Virus genome (UHGV): UHGV-0101699
DNA length: 64,000 nt
Source: a virus
Direction: 5' to 3' (one strand)
The translations under genes were made by a program, and so were the position numbers. The notes below the pieces were generated by a model that was given only the letters and a program-made list of their open reading frames with translations, had not been told where the DNA came from and made no database searches. This document shows positions 62,001 to 64,000 of the stretch, piece after piece (the first letter of the stretch is position 1; every line of letters starts with the position of its first letter).

Positions 62001-63630
62001 CGCCGACAACACCTAAAATGCCCGCTCTGAGCATTTTAAATGCCACCATTCCGGCGACAATTTTGCCCAGCGTAATAACCAACTCCTGATTCTTAGCCAA
62101 CCATTGCGCCAGCTCGCGCAGGCCATCAATCGCGGTGGTAAGCCCCTCTCCCAGTGAATTAGCGAACGAAATGCCTTCAGCGCTGTTCATTACGGCCGCC
62201 AGCTCTTTCATCCCCTTGGTCAGAGAATCAAGATATCCAGCCTGCCCCACTCGATCGGCAAACAGAGTGAAAGAGGTTTGCAGCTGCGCCAACGCACCGG
62301 TGTAGGTTTGCATCATATCTTTGGCGGCATTTTCGTTTTCCGCACGCAAACCAACAAACATCAATGAAAGAGCATGTTTCGCTTCAACGGTCCCACTGGA
62401 GACGGCTTTGGTTAGCTCACCCATCGTGATACCGGCCGCATCTGCCATGGCCTTCATCGCATTTGGAACCGCTTCACCCAATTGCTGGCGGAGCTCTTCC
62501 ATCGACACAACGCCTTTACCAGACATCTGTTGGACAGCCACCGCCGCTCGTTTAAGCAACTCACTATCGCCACCAAAACGTGCGACTGAGTCCACCAGGG
62601 CCTTTAACGAGCCATCAGTGGGATCGAGCCCAGCAGAGCGGAACTTCACAAATGAGTCGGTTAAAGACTGCATCGCAAATGGGGCGTTTTTCGCCATGTT
62701 CACGATATACTGCATGTCTTGAGCAGCGGCTTCTCCAGGATTGACTTTATCCTTGTTCAAGCCACGCAACATGACACGCATACGCTGCATTTCGGCCGCA
62801 GCCTCTACGATCGGCTTCTGCCAACCAAACAGGATGTCAGTGACCGTTCTGGCCGCATCCCCAATTTCTCCCAGAAGGAAAATATTGCCGCGTAATCCTG
62901 AGAAGACGCCATTTTCACGACCACCACCGCGATGGGGCGCAGCGGTAAATCGATCAGCGCCACCTCCGCTGCCTCCCCCGCCCGTTGTGGTTGTTCTGAC
63001 CCTGACCGGACGGCTGATCAGCTGCTGGCTTCGAATAACGCCATCCATCTGATCTTTGACTTTTTTTAACCCCTCGGCCGCCTGGCTTGTCGTTGTCCCC
63101 CAATTGCTCAGACGCTTGCTGGTCGCATTTAGTCTGGTGTTCATCCCACCAAGAGAAGTAGTGGCACCCTTGATCTCAGTGTTGAATTTACCGGCATGGT
63201 CTCCTGCGTATTTAACCCAATCAGAAAACTCATTGAGTTCCGACTGAACCTTCCGCAATGAGGCCAGGAACTTGTGCGTAGACGATGTGGCCGAATCAAC
63301 GCGATCTGTGAATGTCCGCAAATCAGTGCTGATAGCGGACAGTTCACGTTGTGCCTTTCGAGAGGTGTTGGAAACGAGCTCAAAACCGGCAGCTACGTCC
63401 TGCAGTTTGTCTGCCGTAGAATTGAGTCGTGTTTCAAGAGCGCCAAGAATGCTGGAGACCGAACCCAGAGAGCGCTCGAGGTTTTTAATTTTTTGAGCCG
63501 GTTTGGTAGCCCGCTCGCCAAATTTGGTAAGTAATTTACCCGCCCGGTCGATTGACGCCGTAAACTGTTTGTCTTCCAGCGACAGGATAAACTCTACGTT
63601 TTGTGACATTCCCTTGTCATCCTCTGCCAA
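59071..63630 (-). CDS. tail tape measure protein (1519 aa)
   Basis: Position upstream of M-L-K-I-J. Long helical N-terminal half with a Gly-rich segment and a hydrophobic core region typical of TMPs. Confidence 0.85.
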   Translation of the reverse strand: MAEDDKGMSQNVEFILSLEDKQFTASIDRAGKLLTKFGERATKPAQKIKNLERSLGSVSSILGALETRLNSTADKLQDVAAGFELVSNTSRKAQRELSAISTDLRTFTDRVDSATSSTHKFLASLRKVQSELNEFSDWVKYAGDHAGKFNTEIKGATTSLGGMNTRLNATSKRLSNWGTTTSQAAEGLKKVKDQMDGVIRSQQLISRPVRVRTTTTGGGGSGGGADRFTAAPHRGGGRENGVFSGLRGNIFLLGEIGDAARTVTDILFGWQKPIVEAAAEMQRMRVMLRGLNKDKVNPGEAAAQDMQYIVNMAKNAPFAMQSLTDSFVKFRSAGLDPTDGSLKALVDSVARFGGDSELLKRAAVAVQQMSGKGVVSMEELRQQLGEAVPNAMKAMADAAGITMGELTKAVSSGTVEAKHALSLMFVGLRAENENAAKDMMQTYTGALAQLQTSFTLFADRVGQAGYLDSLTKGMKELAAVMNSAEGISFANSLGEGLTTAIDGLRELAQWLAKNQELVITLGKIVAGMVAFKMLRAGILGVVGAGGQMLSTFMKMSTVIQTPFTLGATAVTRFNRAARMGLAPIPSLIFAIRGAITGLKGAFAGLTAFIAANPIGFVFTAAMTAVAGLITYMTMLRSETSKVVDEIRKIPEAMTAAKRAQMADYKERLDRQIAQKEQELNSGEKMVYGPGMAGTTIKINQTERKKIEAELNDLRTERDKTSVAIGRGDISVAKRLAKEATESQLEKIRDENKDFAATFAKARQEALEKRQKILSDNSLSDDEKIKALKPISEIVNKSYLEPAQQLVDALSSRKNAVEMQIANLNDSLEKAKKEGNSEQARKLQGSIRGYQENLETIAQELKQAEFERNNAAETGKELLSVDGKRIGGLSGDKAADKALAQYMRNQMDSAVYQRTLPDGTPMMDFEGKPIIGPKQLKTQLNLQKASTASSLEKMSEKERAAAIAALTKAREQDAAAAERAGKRTANASERAAKREESAQQKLAAGYQKALDKADQLMGQMGESSKATVSFDQSLRDVTKSLTDLANATPNEFISQEMVDQAKKRLADLRNATPEYREMFNRRNVEQMISAWAPESDSIISAGLMQSHEEKAAEFSDTYNRNLKALIELRDKATDPKIISLYNKQLNQLVAAGNNALIKQTGTATQQLALEYENLAEQIEGTWTDLFSGLTDTLTDFVVNGKMSFSSLATSILKDITNMVVKTQITLPLMNMLGMGTTNAGNAQSGNLMNGVASAIANQGVQLGNSGGAVANGDKSVGEATKETASGINSMGQASQNAASGLSQAVNGVWDWTKSLFTGTDATKDQTKAVNSSILSMGNLSTAAGALAATFAMVGASSSSSSSRWLNFGLSLASTAVSAWAGSSTPSGSKPNVKKHANGGIFGREGVVPLRAYQKGGIATSPQLAMFGEGSMNEAYVPLPDGRTIPVTLSAESAGKSTGNAVSPVSIQINVTKDGRTSESSSGSESNLWNGAARQIKSIVLETIAEEKRSGGSLNPHTTRG

Positions 63631-64000
63631 AAATTTGCATCAGCTGCTCTTTGGCGTCGGGGTCTGCCTTATCCATATGCGGACGGTAGACTTTATCAGT
63701 AACGACTGGCCTTCCAATCCTGAGTTGCAACCCCTCCATGAACGCCTTAACGCCATCGCCATCCGCTTGGGCGACGCGGGCGACCTGCAGATTGCGGACA
63801 TCCTCTTCCGCTCGCAGACGATCGATATTGCGGCTGAGCATCCAGAACATGGTCAACGGGACACTCAGTAGCTCTATTGGCGATACGGCGTAGTGAGCAA
63901 CTACACGACTGAAATAGAATCCGAGATCTATCGAAACGGTCTTTACCCCGGATTCATCGCGGGATATTACTTTGCCCCTTCGCCAGCCGCTTTTTCGTTC
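63617..64000 (-). CDS. tail assembly chaperone (G/GT-like), 3' part; ORF continues beyond the window end
   Basis: The frame is open from 64000 down to the stop at 63617, so the 79-aa track ORF is only the tail of it. It overlaps the TMP start. Confidence 0.4.
   Translation of the reverse strand, partial: ERKSGWRRGKVISRDESGVKTVSIDLGFYFSRVVAHYAVSPIELLSVPLTMFWMLSRNIDRLRAEEDVRNLQVARVAQADGDGVKAFMEGLQLRIGRPVVTDKVYRPHMDKADPDAKEQLMQIFGRG

Overview
This 64 kb window reads as part of a large siphovirus-type phage genome that also carries plasmid-maintenance functions, that is, a phage-plasmid. The gene content (alpha-subunit-type Pol III, CobS/CobT-like pair, T4-like accessory replication genes, P1-like RepA replicon, ParA) reminds me of SSU5/pHCM2-like elements of Enterobacteriaceae. 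I cannot verify that resemblance without a database. Almost all genes are on the minus strand.

Main blocks, left to right:
- 1..1045: an SbcD/Mre11-like nuclease gene, partial, running off the window edge.
- 2.5..4.2 kb: a P1-type replicon. It has tandem DnaA boxes, a GATC cluster, 5 iterons, a repA-like gene and 9 more iterons.
- 4.3..22 kb: a replication and recombination module. It holds an SPFH lipoprotein, a RecA interrupted by a LAGLIDADG intein at the P-loop, a 5'-3' exonuclease (FEN), a gp32-like SSB, a near-host CspA, a DnaE-type Pol III alpha split in two by a free-standing HNH endonuclease gene, and a CobS-like AAA+/CobT-like vWA pair.
- 22..41 kb: an accessory and maintenance region. 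It holds an XRE-like regulator, a tyrosine recombinase with a lox-like site, a YafO-like toxin, a glutaredoxin, PhoH, tRNA-Ser and tRNA-Asn with large hairpins, AT-rich cargo genes, DNA ligase, primase, a DnaB-like helicase and ParA with a ParG-like RHH protein.
- 41.3..42.8 kb: a lysis cassette with overlapped spanins, a putative endolysin and a holin candidate.
- 42.8..64 kb: a lambda-ordered tail module. It has a tail fiber with an S74 chaperone domain, a 4058-aa J-like central fiber with about 11 tandem cassette modules, gpI, gpK, gpL, gpM, a 1519-aa tape measure and a partial G/GT chaperone.

The main signal not explained by the ORFs is a dispersed palindromic box (GTAAGTACTTAC-like), found 13 times immediately upstream of gene starts and abutting -10-like hexamers. 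A family of near-identical terminator hairpins and a conserved translation-initiation context (AAGGAAAAACAC-ATG) are also present. Coordinates I read by eye may be off by 1-2 nt.
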